From contig CBDDTI010000746.1 of the NCBI GenBank assembly GCA_965233585.1, positions 320,001-384,000 on the forward strand: a DNA stretch of 64,000 bases, read 5' to 3'. Below the pieces are notes generated by a model. That model saw only the letters and a list, made by a program, of their open reading frames with translations. It was not told the DNA's origin and ran no database searches. Both the position numbers and the translations under genes were made by a program. The DNA comes from a bacterium (GTDB lineage Bacteria > SAR324 > NAC60-12). Below, in pieces: positions 9,802 through 19,021 of this stretch; within the stretch, counting starts at the first letter, position 1, and every line of letters starts with the position of its first letter.

Positions 9802-11559
9802 TTAGGGGAGTCTGATATTTTCCACCATCTCTTGCACTTTTTCAGGTGGGGCAGGGGTGAAGAGAGACACGACCATTGAGACAACCAAGTTAGTGACCAT
9901 GGCAATCGTTCCAAATCCTTCTGGAGAGATACCAAACCACCAATCACTTGGGGAGGTGGGTCCGAATAGATTAAACTTGAACTTGAGCATGTAGAAGATC
10001 ATGAGTAAAAGCCCAACGACCATGCCTGTAATTGCCCCCTCTTTATTCATTCGTTTGTAAAAGATGCCAAGAATGATGGCAGGGAAGAAAGAGGCTGCAG
10101 CTAGTCCAAATGCTAATGCGACCACAGCGGCAACAAATCCCGGTGGATTGATTCCAAAGTATCCTGCCACAATGACAGCAACCCCTGCGGCAATTCTAGC
10201 GACCAATAACTCCTGCTTGTCTGTCAAATCTGGTTTGATTTGAGATTTGATTAAATCGTGGGAGACAGAAGAAGAGATCACAAGCAACAATCCTGCAGCA
10301 GTGGAAAGTGCGGCAGCTAGTCCACCTGCGGCAACCAAAGCAATGACCCAATTTGGAAGTTGAGCAATTTCAGGATTAGCAAGCACCATAATATCACGAT
10401 CAATGTAGAGTTCGTTGGAACCGCTTGTCGCTTGATTGGTGATTAAAATTTGTCCATGTTTGCCTCGTTCTGGGTCTCCTGATTCATTGAGTTTTTGTTG
10501 TGGCTTCCCAATAAATGCGTTGCCTGCAGTGTACTTAACTTGACCATCATCGTCTTTGTCCACCCATGCAATGAGGTTGGTTGCCTCCCACTTTTTAAAC
10601 CATTCAGGCAAGATGCGATATTCTTTTTGAGATACAGTTTCAATCAAATTGACTCTGGCAAAGGAGGCAATAGCAGGGGCTGTTGTGTAAAGAATGGCGA
10701 TAAAAACCAATGCCCAGCCTGCTGACTTTCTGGCATCACGGACTCTGGGAACTGTGAAGAAACGAATGATGACATGAGGCAATCCTGCAGTACCAACCAT
10801 CAAAGCAAATGTGATGGCAAAGACATCAATGACGCTTTTAGAACCTGATGTGTATTCTGCAAATCCCAATTCTCGGTGCAATCCGTCCAGCTTGTCCAGC
10901 AAATAAGAACCATCTTGCAAAGTTGAACCAAAGCCAGAGTGAGGCAAAATGTGTCCCGTTAATTGAAACGAGATGAAAAAGGCAGGTAGCATGTATGCAA
11001 AAATCAGGACACAATATTGAGCAACTTGCGTGTAAGTAATCCCTTTCATACCACCCAGCACGGCATAGAAGAAAACGATAATCATACCAATCACGACGCC
11101 TGTATTGATAGGGACTTCAAGAAATCTGGAAAAGACGACTCCAACACCCCTCATCTGACCTGCAATGTAGGTGAACGACACGACCAATGCACAAACCACT
11201 CCTACTGTTCTAGCAATTTCAGAATAATACCGATCCCCAATGAAGTCAGGCACTGTAAACTTCCCAAACTTCCGTAGATAAGGGGCAAGTAGCAATGCTA
11301 ACAAGACGTAGCCACCTGTCCAGCCCATTAGAAACACGCTGCCATCATATCCTGCAAAGGAGATGATTCCTGCCATAGAAATAAACGATGCCGCAGACAT
11401 CCAATCTGCGGCAGTTGCCATGCCATTTGCCACTGCTGGCACAGATTTACTTGCCACATAAAAATCACCAGTAGATTCTGCACGTGACCTCAAAGCAATC
11501 CAGATATAAAGCATAAAAGTAATGCTTACGATGAGATAAGTCCAAATTTGTACTGACAT
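9802..11559 (-). CDS. Sodium:solute symporter, ActP-like cation/acetate permease
   Basis: NGMATAADWMSAASF, GTAGLPHVIIRFFTV, many TM helices. Confidence 0.92.
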   Translation of the reverse strand: MSVQIWTYLIVSITFMLYIWIALRSRAESTGDFYVASKSVPAVANGMATAADWMSAASFISMAGIISFAGYDGSVFLMGWTGGYVLLALLLAPYLRKFGKFTVPDFIGDRYYSEIARTVGVVCALVVSFTYIAGQMRGVGVVFSRFLEVPINTGVVIGMIIVFFYAVLGGMKGITYTQVAQYCVLIFAYMLPAFFISFQLTGHILPHSGFGSTLQDGSYLLDKLDGLHRELGFAEYTSGSKSVIDVFAITFALMVGTAGLPHVIIRFFTVPRVRDARKSAGWALVFIAILYTTAPAIASFARVNLIETVSQKEYRILPEWFKKWEATNLIAWVDKDDDGQVKYTAGNAFIGKPQQKLNESGDPERGKHGQILITNQATSGSNELYIDRDIMVLANPEIAQLPNWVIALVAAGGLAAALSTAAGLLLVISSSVSHDLIKSQIKPDLTDKQELLVARIAAGVAVIVAGYFGINPPGFVAAVVALAFGLAAASFFPAIILGIFYKRMNKEGAITGMVVGLLLMIFYMLKFKFNLFGPTSPSDWWFGISPEGFGTIAMVTNLVVSMVVSLFTPAPPEKVQEMVENIRLP

Positions 11560-11588
11560 AAAAGCCTCCTATAAATTGAGTTGAAACG

Positions 11589-11843
11589 TTAGTCTTCTGA
11601 AACTTGATGCTTATCTTCCAATTTTTCCATCAAATTGGAATAGACAAAAATCAAGATGACAAACACATAGATTGACCCTTGTTGTGCAATCCAAAATCCC
11701 AGCTTGAACCCTGCAAGCCGTATAGAGTTGAGTGCATCGGCAAAGAAGATGCCCAGTACACAAGAAACAACAAACCAAATGCCTAGCAACCATGCAAGGT
11801 ATTTGAGATTAGAGTTCCAATACTCCAAATGTTCTTTTTTCAT
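11589..11843 (-). CDS. DUF4212 small membrane partner of the symporter
   Basis: GFKLGFWIAQQGSIYVFV motif, directly upstream of the SSS gene. Confidence 0.9.
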   Translation of the reverse strand: MKKEHLEYWNSNLKYLAWLLGIWFVVSCVLGIFFADALNSIRLAGFKLGFWIAQQGSIYVFVILIFVYSNLMEKLEDKHQVSED

Positions 11844-12102
11844 AATTTTCTCCTTATATGATGATTATGATTAATGAAAAAACAGAAATTAGCATGAGTT
11901 TTTATCAGTTGCAAGTGTTATTTTAAATTTTTTATTGTGATTTTTAGGCGTCATTTTGAATGATTCACGCGGCAGAGTCGGTAGATGGTCATTTTTGAAA
12001 AGAATCAAAAAGGATTTTTTGAAGAATTTGAAGGAAGATTTGGAATGGTGTTGACAATCGGGGGTTGTCTTTATATTCTGTTGTGTTTTTTTTCAAGGTT
12101 GC

Positions 12103-14004
12103 ATGTCCCAAGAAATCATACAAAAGGCAGTAGAGCTTTATGGAATGGATAAATGGGGAGAAGGCTTTTTTGACGTCAACGAACAAGGGAATCTTACTGT
12201 CACTCCCCTTGAGGGACAGCATCACATTGACTTAAAAGTTCTGGCAGATGAGATTCAAAACAGGGGGCTAGAGCTTCCTGTTTTGGTGAGGTTCTCAAAC
12301 ATTTTGCAACAGAGGATTTTGACGATTTGCAAGGCATTCCAGAGTGCATCAGAAAGTTATGGCTATCATGGAAAGTATTACGGGGTCTATCCTGTCAAAG
12401 TCAATCCACACCGCCAAGTTGTTAAAGATGTCATCAAATTTGGCAATCCCTATCATTTTGGGGTAGAAGCGGGGTCAAAGCCAGAGCTTTACGCCACGCT
12501 TGCCATGATGGAATCCCCAAACGCTCCAATCATTTGTAATGGATACAAAGATGAGACTTACATCCGTATGGCACTCATCGGTCAAAAGCTCAACAGAACT
12601 ATTTTCATAGTCGTTGAAAAACTCCACGAGCTGAACCTCATCATCAAACAAGCTAAGACTCTTAACATTAAGCCGCGTATTGGGTTGCGTGTGAGGTTGT
12701 CTTCATCAGCGATTGGCAGGTGGGGGAAATCAGGTGGGGATTTTTCAAAGTTTGGTTTGACTGTAGCTGAGGTGATGAATGCTGTCAATACTGCCAAAGC
12801 TGAAGGATTTTTGGACTGCCTTCAGCTCATTCATTTTCATCTAGGTAGTCAAGTGGGCAGGATTGGTTGCATCAAAAATGCTCTGCGGGAAGTCAGGCGG
12901 TTTTATGTGGAATTGCGGAAGCTGGATTGTCCAATAGACTTCATAGATGTTGGCGGAGGTCTTGGGGTCAATTATGGGGAACAAGCCAATGCTAGTGTGA
13001 ATTATACCATTCAAGAATACGCCAACGATGTCGTGTATTACATTTACGAGGCATGTGAAGAAGAAAATCTGCCTCACCCTCATTTGATTTCAGAGTCAGG
13101 ACGTGCTTTGACGGCTCATCATTCTGTGATGATTTTTAACATTCTTGATGCCACACATTCAGTCTCTTGGAACGAAGAAGAAAGCCTTGAAGGCGAAAAA
13201 GACCCTACCATTCTTGACCTCCATGAAATCTTGCATGATGTTAACCAAGATAATCTGATGGAGTCATGGCATGATGCTTTGGAACTGCGAGAACAGTCTT
13301 TGATGAAGTTTAATTTGGGACTGATGGATTTGAAGGGCAAGGCACAGGTGGAACGTATGTTCTGGCAAATTGCCAAAAGTTGCTGCGACCATGCACAACA
13401 ATTAGACCCTTGTCCTGCTGAACTCAATGAAATCCGAAAAAAGCTAGCAGATAAATATTTTTGCAACTTTTCCATCTTCCAATCCCTTCCTGATTCGTGG
13501 GCAATAGACCACCTCTTCCCCATCACTCCCATTCATCGTTTGAATGAAGAACCTACCAAAGAAGTTGTGCTACAAGACATCACTTGCGATTCAGACGGTA
13601 AGCTAGACCAGTTTGTTTTGGGGCAAAGTGTCTCTTCGGTACTGCCAGCGCATGAGTTTCGTTTGGGAGAACCTTATCTTTTTGGGGCGTATCTTGTGGG
13701 GGCGTATCAGGAGATTCTTGGAGATTTGCATAATTTGTTTGGGGACACTCACACAGTCCATGTGGTGCTGAATCAAAATGGTGAATGGTCTTATGAACAA
13801 GTAGTGGAAGGAGAAGATGTGAGCGATGTTTTGAAGTATGTCCAATATGATGCTGATAATTTACTGCAAAAAGTGTCAAGGCACATCGGCGTTAGTCAAG
13901 GGCAAAACGGCATCTCTCCTGAAGAAGCAGAAGAATTTATGAGGCTTTATCGGCAAGGCTTGCGTGGCTATACTTATCTCATTGAAAAATCACAGCAATC
14001 TTGA
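12103..14004 (+). CDS. speA: Biosynthetic arginine decarboxylase
   Basis: YPVKVN PLP lysine, EAGSKPEL, HFHLGSQ, DITCDSDG. Confidence 0.97.
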   Translation: MSQEIIQKAVELYGMDKWGEGFFDVNEQGNLTVTPLEGQHHIDLKVLADEIQNRGLELPVLVRFSNILQQRILTICKAFQSASESYGYHGKYYGVYPVKVNPHRQVVKDVIKFGNPYHFGVEAGSKPELYATLAMMESPNAPIICNGYKDETYIRMALIGQKLNRTIFIVVEKLHELNLIIKQAKTLNIKPRIGLRVRLSSSAIGRWGKSGGDFSKFGLTVAEVMNAVNTAKAEGFLDCLQLIHFHLGSQVGRIGCIKNALREVRRFYVELRKLDCPIDFIDVGGGLGVNYGEQANASVNYTIQEYANDVVYYIYEACEEENLPHPHLISESGRALTAHHSVMIFNILDATHSVSWNEEESLEGEKDPTILDLHEILHDVNQDNLMESWHDALELREQSLMKFNLGLMDLKGKAQVERMFWQIAKSCCDHAQQLDPCPAELNEIRKKLADKYFCNFSIFQSLPDSWAIDHLFPITPIHRLNEEPTKEVVLQDITCDSDGKLDQFVLGQSVSSVLPAHEFRLGEPYLFGAYLVGAYQEILGDLHNLFGDTHTVHVVLNQNGEWSYEQVVEGEDVSDVLKYVQYDADNLLQKVSRHIGVSQGQNGISPEEAEEFMRLYRQGLRGYTYLIEKSQQS

Positions 14005-14070
14005 AGCATCGCAGTCATTTGATTTTTTCATCTAACTTTTCTAATCTATTTGTTTTTAAGGCTAAAAAAC

Positions 14071-14295
14071 ATGATAGACACACTTGCTTACACCAAAGAA
14101 CTGACGGCTGTCGGCTTCACTCCTGAACAAGCAGAAGTCCAAGCCACTGCACTTAAAAATGCAGTGGAAGAAGACACTGCCAATGTCAAGTCTGAAATTG
14201 CTGAATTAAAAGGAGAAATGAAACTCAACCGTTGAATGCTTGGCTTTGTTCTGGTGATGGTTTCTGGCATCTTTGTTAAGTTATTCACGGGTTAA
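14071..14295 (+). pseudogene. DUF1640-like tandem copy A with TGA at the Trp codon before the TM helix and an 18-bp deletion
   Basis: Near-identical to 14390-14632; CGT-TGA-ATG versus CGC-TGG-ATG; hydrophobic tail continues to TAA at 14293-14295. Confidence 0.8.
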
Positions 14296-14389
14296 AATTT
14301 TAACGTTTAGAACTTCTCTTACAATCCTTTCAGCCATTTGATTTTTTCATCTAACTTTTCTAATCTATTTGTTTTTAAGGCTAAAAGAC

Positions 14390-14632
14390 ATGATAGATAC
14401 ACTTGCTTATACCAAAGAACTGACGGCTGTTGGCTTCACTCCTGAACAAGCAGAAGTCCAAGCCACTGCACTTAAAAATGCAGTGGAAAAAGGCACTGCC
14501 ACCAAAGAGGACATTGCCAATGTCAAGTCTGAAATTGCTGAATTAAAAGGAGAAGTCAAATTGAATCGCTGGATGATAGGATTCTCTATTGCCTTGAACG
14601 TTGCTGTTTTCCTCAAATTATTTATGGGTTAA
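14390..14632 (+). CDS. DUF1640/CCDC90-like protein, tandem copy B
   Basis: IDTLAYTKEL..GFTPEQAE, ATKEDI, RW plus TM helix. Confidence 0.85.
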   Translation: MIDTLAYTKELTAVGFTPEQAEVQATALKNAVEKGTATKEDIANVKSEIAELKGEVKLNRWMIGFSIALNVAVFLKLFMG

Positions 14633-14650
14633 AGTCTTTTGTATGGCAAG

Positions 14651-15463
14651 ATGAATCATTTAACCTCAAAGCATCAAAAACTCATCAACTTGTTTGAAAG
14701 GCTGGAGAGTGTGATTATTGCATTTTCTGGTGGGATTGATAGTTCGTTGGTGGGATACGTGGCGCATCAGGTTTTGGGAGGCAAAGCGTTGGCTGTGACC
14801 TCTGCCTCAAAAAGTCTGAAAACTGCAGATTTGGAATTGACGAAAAAGCTGGCTTGGTCATGGGGAATGCAACATCAAGTGATTGAAACTGATGAATTGC
14901 AAAATCCTAATTACGTCAAAAATCCAGCCAATCGCTGTTATTTTTGCAAGCAGACTCTTTACGAACATCTTAAAAAAATTGCGTTGCTACAAGGATATGC
15001 TTACATTGTCAATGGCACAAATGGTGATGATTTGCAAGATTACCGACCGGGCTTAGAAGCCGCATCAGAGTTTCAGGTGCAATCACCTCTTGCAGAATGT
15101 GGGTTTTCTAAGGCAGACGTCCGCCAGCTGGCAAAAGTTCTTGAGTTAGAAAATGCAGACAAACCCCAATCTGCATGCTTGTCTAGCCGTATTCCCTATG
15201 GTTCAGAAGTCTCTGCACAGAAACTTGGTCAAATTGAGCAAGCTGAGAACATTCTAATCCGCCTTGGATTTAAGCAATGCCGAGTCCGACACCATGAAAA
15301 CCTTGCTAGAATAGAAGTGCCAAAAGAAGATTTTACAAAACTGATGGCACTGACAGACCTGATTCAGAAACGTCTCAAAGGCTGTGGATACACCTACGTG
15401 GCACTAGACCTGTCAGGGTTTCGTTCTGGTTCGCTCAATCAAACTTTGTCTAATTCAGTATGA
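14651..15463 (+). CDS. larE: ATP-dependent sacrificial sulfur transferase LarE (PP-loop)
   Basis: FSGGIDS, NRCYFCK, DYRPG, ACLSSRIPYG, GFRSGSLN. Confidence 0.9.
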   Translation: MNHLTSKHQKLINLFERLESVIIAFSGGIDSSLVGYVAHQVLGGKALAVTSASKSLKTADLELTKKLAWSWGMQHQVIETDELQNPNYVKNPANRCYFCKQTLYEHLKKIALLQGYAYIVNGTNGDDLQDYRPGLEAASEFQVQSPLAECGFSKADVRQLAKVLELENADKPQSACLSSRIPYGSEVSAQKLGQIEQAENILIRLGFKQCRVRHHENLARIEVPKEDFTKLMALTDLIQKRLKGCGYTYVALDLSGFRSGSLNQTLSNSV

Positions 15464-15674
15464 CGGGTTCTGTCATCAATTCAGCAAGGTTGTCTAGCAT
15501 CTTGGCAAAGACATGAGTTGCATAAGAGACTTTGGTTTCATGGTCAGTGGGATTTTGTTGCATCGCATTTGCCAGCTGTGAGACGGCATCAAAGACTTCT
15601 GCCTCAAATTTCTCACTACTTTCATAACCGATTAAGGATTGCATTTTTTCAATTTTTTCGTCTATTTGGTTCAT
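15450..15674 (-). CDS. Small hypothetical helical protein
   Basis: AGGAG RBS before ATG at 15674; 74-aa ORF. Confidence 0.6.
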   Translation of the reverse strand: MNQIDEKIEKMQSLIGYESSEKFEAEVFDAVSQLANAMQQNPTDHETKVSYATHVFAKMLDNLAELMTEPVILN

Positions 15675-15821
15675 GGTGATACTCCTAAATTGTGCTGAAA
15701 TGAAGAGACTAAACTTTGACAAGCAAGGTTTAGTTTCCTCCAAAGTTGAATCTCCTTTCATTATCGGCAGTGGTGTCAAAACCTTGAGTTGCTTCTAAAC
15801 ATTTTTTGTAATAAATGAACT

Positions 15822-16559
15822 ATGAACATGGATTCTGATGAGTTAGAGGACTCTTTTTTAGACTCTAAACTCTTGGGTGAGATGATGGCTGATACTTTTG
15901 CACAACGTCAGGAACGCAAAACGGAGGCAATCCCAGCTGATGAGTTAATTGAGCAGTTCTCACCAAAACTACAACCGCTCCTTTCTGACATTGAGTGGTT
16001 TTTTCAAAGACATGTTAATCCAGATGCCACCATTGACTCAAATGTTTTAGAAGTTCTCATGTTTCATCAATTTAAAAAACGTAGTGTCTCCCATGAATCC
16101 ATTGCAGAATTGGGAGACCATGCTTTGAGCTTCCTACAGTGTTCGCAACGCACTCAAGCCCCACAATTCAGAAACTTTGCAGAATCTGTTTTTCAATTAT
16201 TTGCTAGATTGGCTCAAGTCCCGCTCAAGTCTATCGCTCACAGCTTTCCTTATGAACATGTTGCTGATGAAGTCTCTTTTATTCAATGGAAGTTCCAAAC
16301 ATCTTGCCATGAAAACATCATGCTTTTGTTGCCTGCTAGCTTGGCAGAATCGTTGGACAAAACAAGCCAGATTTGCATCACCATTGGAGAATGCCCTATG
16401 ACATTGGAAGAGTGGCAGAAGGTGGAAGCTGGGACAGTGATTAGGCTTAATCAAAAACTCAATGCGACACTTTCTGCTGTGTGCGAAGGGGAACAAATCA
16501 GCGGAAAGTTAGGGAAAGTGGGGCGTCATTATGCCTTTCGTGTAGAGACTTCCGAATAA
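15822..16559 (+). CDS. Protein with C-terminal FliM/FliN (SpoA) domain
   Basis: ITIGECPMTLEEWQKVEAGTVIRL...GKLGKVGRHYAFRV. Confidence 0.65.
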   Translation: MNMDSDELEDSFLDSKLLGEMMADTFAQRQERKTEAIPADELIEQFSPKLQPLLSDIEWFFQRHVNPDATIDSNVLEVLMFHQFKKRSVSHESIAELGDHALSFLQCSQRTQAPQFRNFAESVFQLFARLAQVPLKSIAHSFPYEHVADEVSFIQWKFQTSCHENIMLLLPASLAESLDKTSQICITIGECPMTLEEWQKVEAGTVIRLNQKLNATLSAVCEGEQISGKLGKVGRHYAFRVETSE

Positions 16560-16691
16560 ATTACAATCCATTGTTTCTCATGTTTTTAAACCATCACTTG
16601 TTTTTTAGTAGCATTTTTAGGCTAAAAACTCATTTTGAAAGAATAAGTTAAAAGACAAGTTTAAAAATCATGTTTCTTTAAAAAATTAACG

Positions 16692-18188
16692 ATGTCCGAC
16701 CTTTTATCTGTTGCTGTGCCTTTCAAGGCTGTTGCCATCACTCTAGTCCTTTTGCTTTTATTTTGTAGCTTGCTGGTTTGGTTTGTGATGAAAAAGTTAT
16801 ATCAAGCTCAACATGCTCACCTTTTGCAACAAATTGACTCCCAAAACAACGAAAATCAACAACTCTCCCAAGAGCGAGAAACCTATCAAAAGCAGAGTCA
16901 AGAATTATTAATCCAACTCAAAGAATTGGAGGTTTTGCAAGCGACAAATCAAACAGAACAGGAGTACTACGTTAAAGCAATAGAGGAGAAGCAAAAATCC
17001 TTACAAAAGATTGAGTCAGAGAATCGCGAGCAAGCGAATTTTTTGGAAGTGAAAAAAGAAGAGTTAGCTAAGGCAAATGAAACGATTGAGACGATGAAGG
17101 TTCAGCAAGCAGAACAACTCAAACGTTTTGAAGAAAAAGAACAGTTTTTGAAAGACCAAGAACAACAAATGCGTGAGACTTTTGAAAACTTAGCCAATCA
17201 GATTTTGGAAAAGAAGGGCAAGCAGTTTTCAGAACAACAAAATAAAGAACTGAATGAACTGTTAAAACCTTTTCAACATGACTTAGCCACTTTTAAACAA
17301 GAAGCAGAAACGGCAAGGAAGCATGAAATAGAAAAGCAAGGTCAGCTTGGGCAAGAGTTAAAGCAGTTGATGGAACTCAACCAAAAACTGAGTCAAGATG
17401 CCAATAACCTCACCAAGGCTTTGAAAAATGAAAGTCAGACACAAGGTGCATGGGGAGAGATGATTTTGGAGAAAGTGTTGGAAAGTGTGGGACTCACCAA
17501 AGGAAGAGAGTACAAAGTGCAAGAATCCTTTCAAGATGAACAAGACCGAAGAAAACGTCCTGATGCACTCGTCTATTTGCCTGAAAATAAAGTCATCATC
17601 ATAGACGCTAAAACATCACTAGAAGCATATACTGATTTTTGCAATGCAACCAATGAAGACACACGGCAAGAATCGCTCAAAGCACATGTCAAATCAGTTG
17701 AAAATCATATCAAAGACTTGGCAAAGAAAGAGTATGCCAGCTTGCCTGATTTGCAAGATAAGACTCTTGACATGGTGTTAATGTTCGTTCCGATAGAAGG
17801 TGCTTTTTCTGTGGCTTTGCAACATCAAACGTCATTGTGCAATGACGCTTTTCAAAAACGAATCTTCCTTGTCTCACCAACGACTTTATTTGTCAGCTTG
17901 TATGCCGTCAAAGCCTTATGGAATATGGAAGACCAAGCTAAAAATGTCAGAGAGATTGCAGAACGTGCTTCAAAAATGCTGGACAAATTCAGTAGCTTTG
18001 CCCAAGACCTAGAAAAAGTTGGCAAACAAATAGGACTGACTCAACAAACTTATGATGAGGCGTGCAAAAAACTCAAGACAGGCAAAGGGAATTTAATCAG
18101 CCAAGCCACACAAATTCAAGCACTAGGAGTGCCTCATAAAAAGCAACTTCCAAACTCTTTTCTTGAAGAAGCAAAAATTGACGAATGA
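16692..18188 (+). CDS. rmuC: DNA recombination protein RmuC
   Basis: N-terminal TM and coiled coil; QGAWGEMILE, RPD..V.LP, IIDAK, MFVPIEGA, SPTTL. Confidence 0.95.
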   Translation: MSDLLSVAVPFKAVAITLVLLLLFCSLLVWFVMKKLYQAQHAHLLQQIDSQNNENQQLSQERETYQKQSQELLIQLKELEVLQATNQTEQEYYVKAIEEKQKSLQKIESENREQANFLEVKKEELAKANETIETMKVQQAEQLKRFEEKEQFLKDQEQQMRETFENLANQILEKKGKQFSEQQNKELNELLKPFQHDLATFKQEAETARKHEIEKQGQLGQELKQLMELNQKLSQDANNLTKALKNESQTQGAWGEMILEKVLESVGLTKGREYKVQESFQDEQDRRKRPDALVYLPENKVIIIDAKTSLEAYTDFCNATNEDTRQESLKAHVKSVENHIKDLAKKEYASLPDLQDKTLDMVLMFVPIEGAFSVALQHQTSLCNDAFQKRIFLVSPTTLFVSLYAVKALWNMEDQAKNVREIAERASKMLDKFSSFAQDLEKVGKQIGLTQQTYDEACKKLKTGKGNLISQATQIQALGVPHKKQLPNSFLEEAKIDE

Positions 18189-18328
18189 GAACAGATGAGA
18201 ACACAATGCAGGTTTTGAATGAAACAATTTTTTCAATCAACGGGGCTATGACTTCTAGGTCAGTCATGGCATAATCTTTTGACTTGAATCTAGGAGACTA
18301 TTTTTACAATTTTGAGGAGTAACAGATT

Positions 18329-19018
18329 ATGCAAAAAAGGCAAGTTCATACAATTAATGTGATTTCTAATTTATTTGGTCAAGCAGCAGTAGATTTGATG
18401 GAAAGGGCGGCAGGGGTCAAAGTCCGCTTATCTACAACTTTGCAAAAGACGTCAGGTTTAAAGATGCGTCCAGACATTGCAACCTTTGTCCATTTTAGGG
18501 GAGACTACTTTGGCTTGATGGTTTTGAATTTAAGCAAAGAAGCCGCCATGACCTATTATCGGCATTCCTTGCTTAAGATGGGTATGCCAGAAGAAGAGCT
18601 TGCAACTAATCACACCTCAAAAGATGTGATTGATTGTATTGGTGAATTGATGAATCAAGTCATTGGTTCTGTCCGTTCTACGATTGAGGAAAGGTATGAA
18701 CTTTCTGCCTCAAACAACCCACCTCAAGCGATTTGTCTGCTTGATGCCATCTCTCTTTCGCTGGAAGGCACGGCGATGACCACAAGGCAATGTAGAAGGA
18801 TTTCTTTGCGAATTGACGGACATGAGTTTCACATTGAAGTCTTTTTGGAAAACACAGAGTTTGTGTCACTGAAGTCAGAAAGTACTGAAAGAGTAGAAGA
18901 CGTAGATGCCTTTGAAGCGGCGTTGGCACAGCATCAAGCACAAGAAGGTCAGCAAACCCTTCAGCCAGAAGAAGAGCTTGACGTTGATGCACTCATTGCA
19001 CTCAGAGACCAGTCATAA
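18329..19018 (+). CDS. DUF3334 / CheX-like chemotaxis phosphatase family protein
   Basis: PDIATFVHFRGDYFGL and DCIGELMNQVIG (ExxN motif). Confidence 0.7.
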   Translation: MQKRQVHTINVISNLFGQAAVDLMERAAGVKVRLSTTLQKTSGLKMRPDIATFVHFRGDYFGLMVLNLSKEAAMTYYRHSLLKMGMPEEELATNHTSKDVIDCIGELMNQVIGSVRSTIEERYELSASNNPPQAICLLDAISLSLEGTAMTTRQCRRISLRIDGHEFHIEVFLENTEFVSLKSESTERVEDVDAFEAALAQHQAQEGQQTLQPEEELDVDALIALRDQS

Positions 19019-19021
19019 TTT

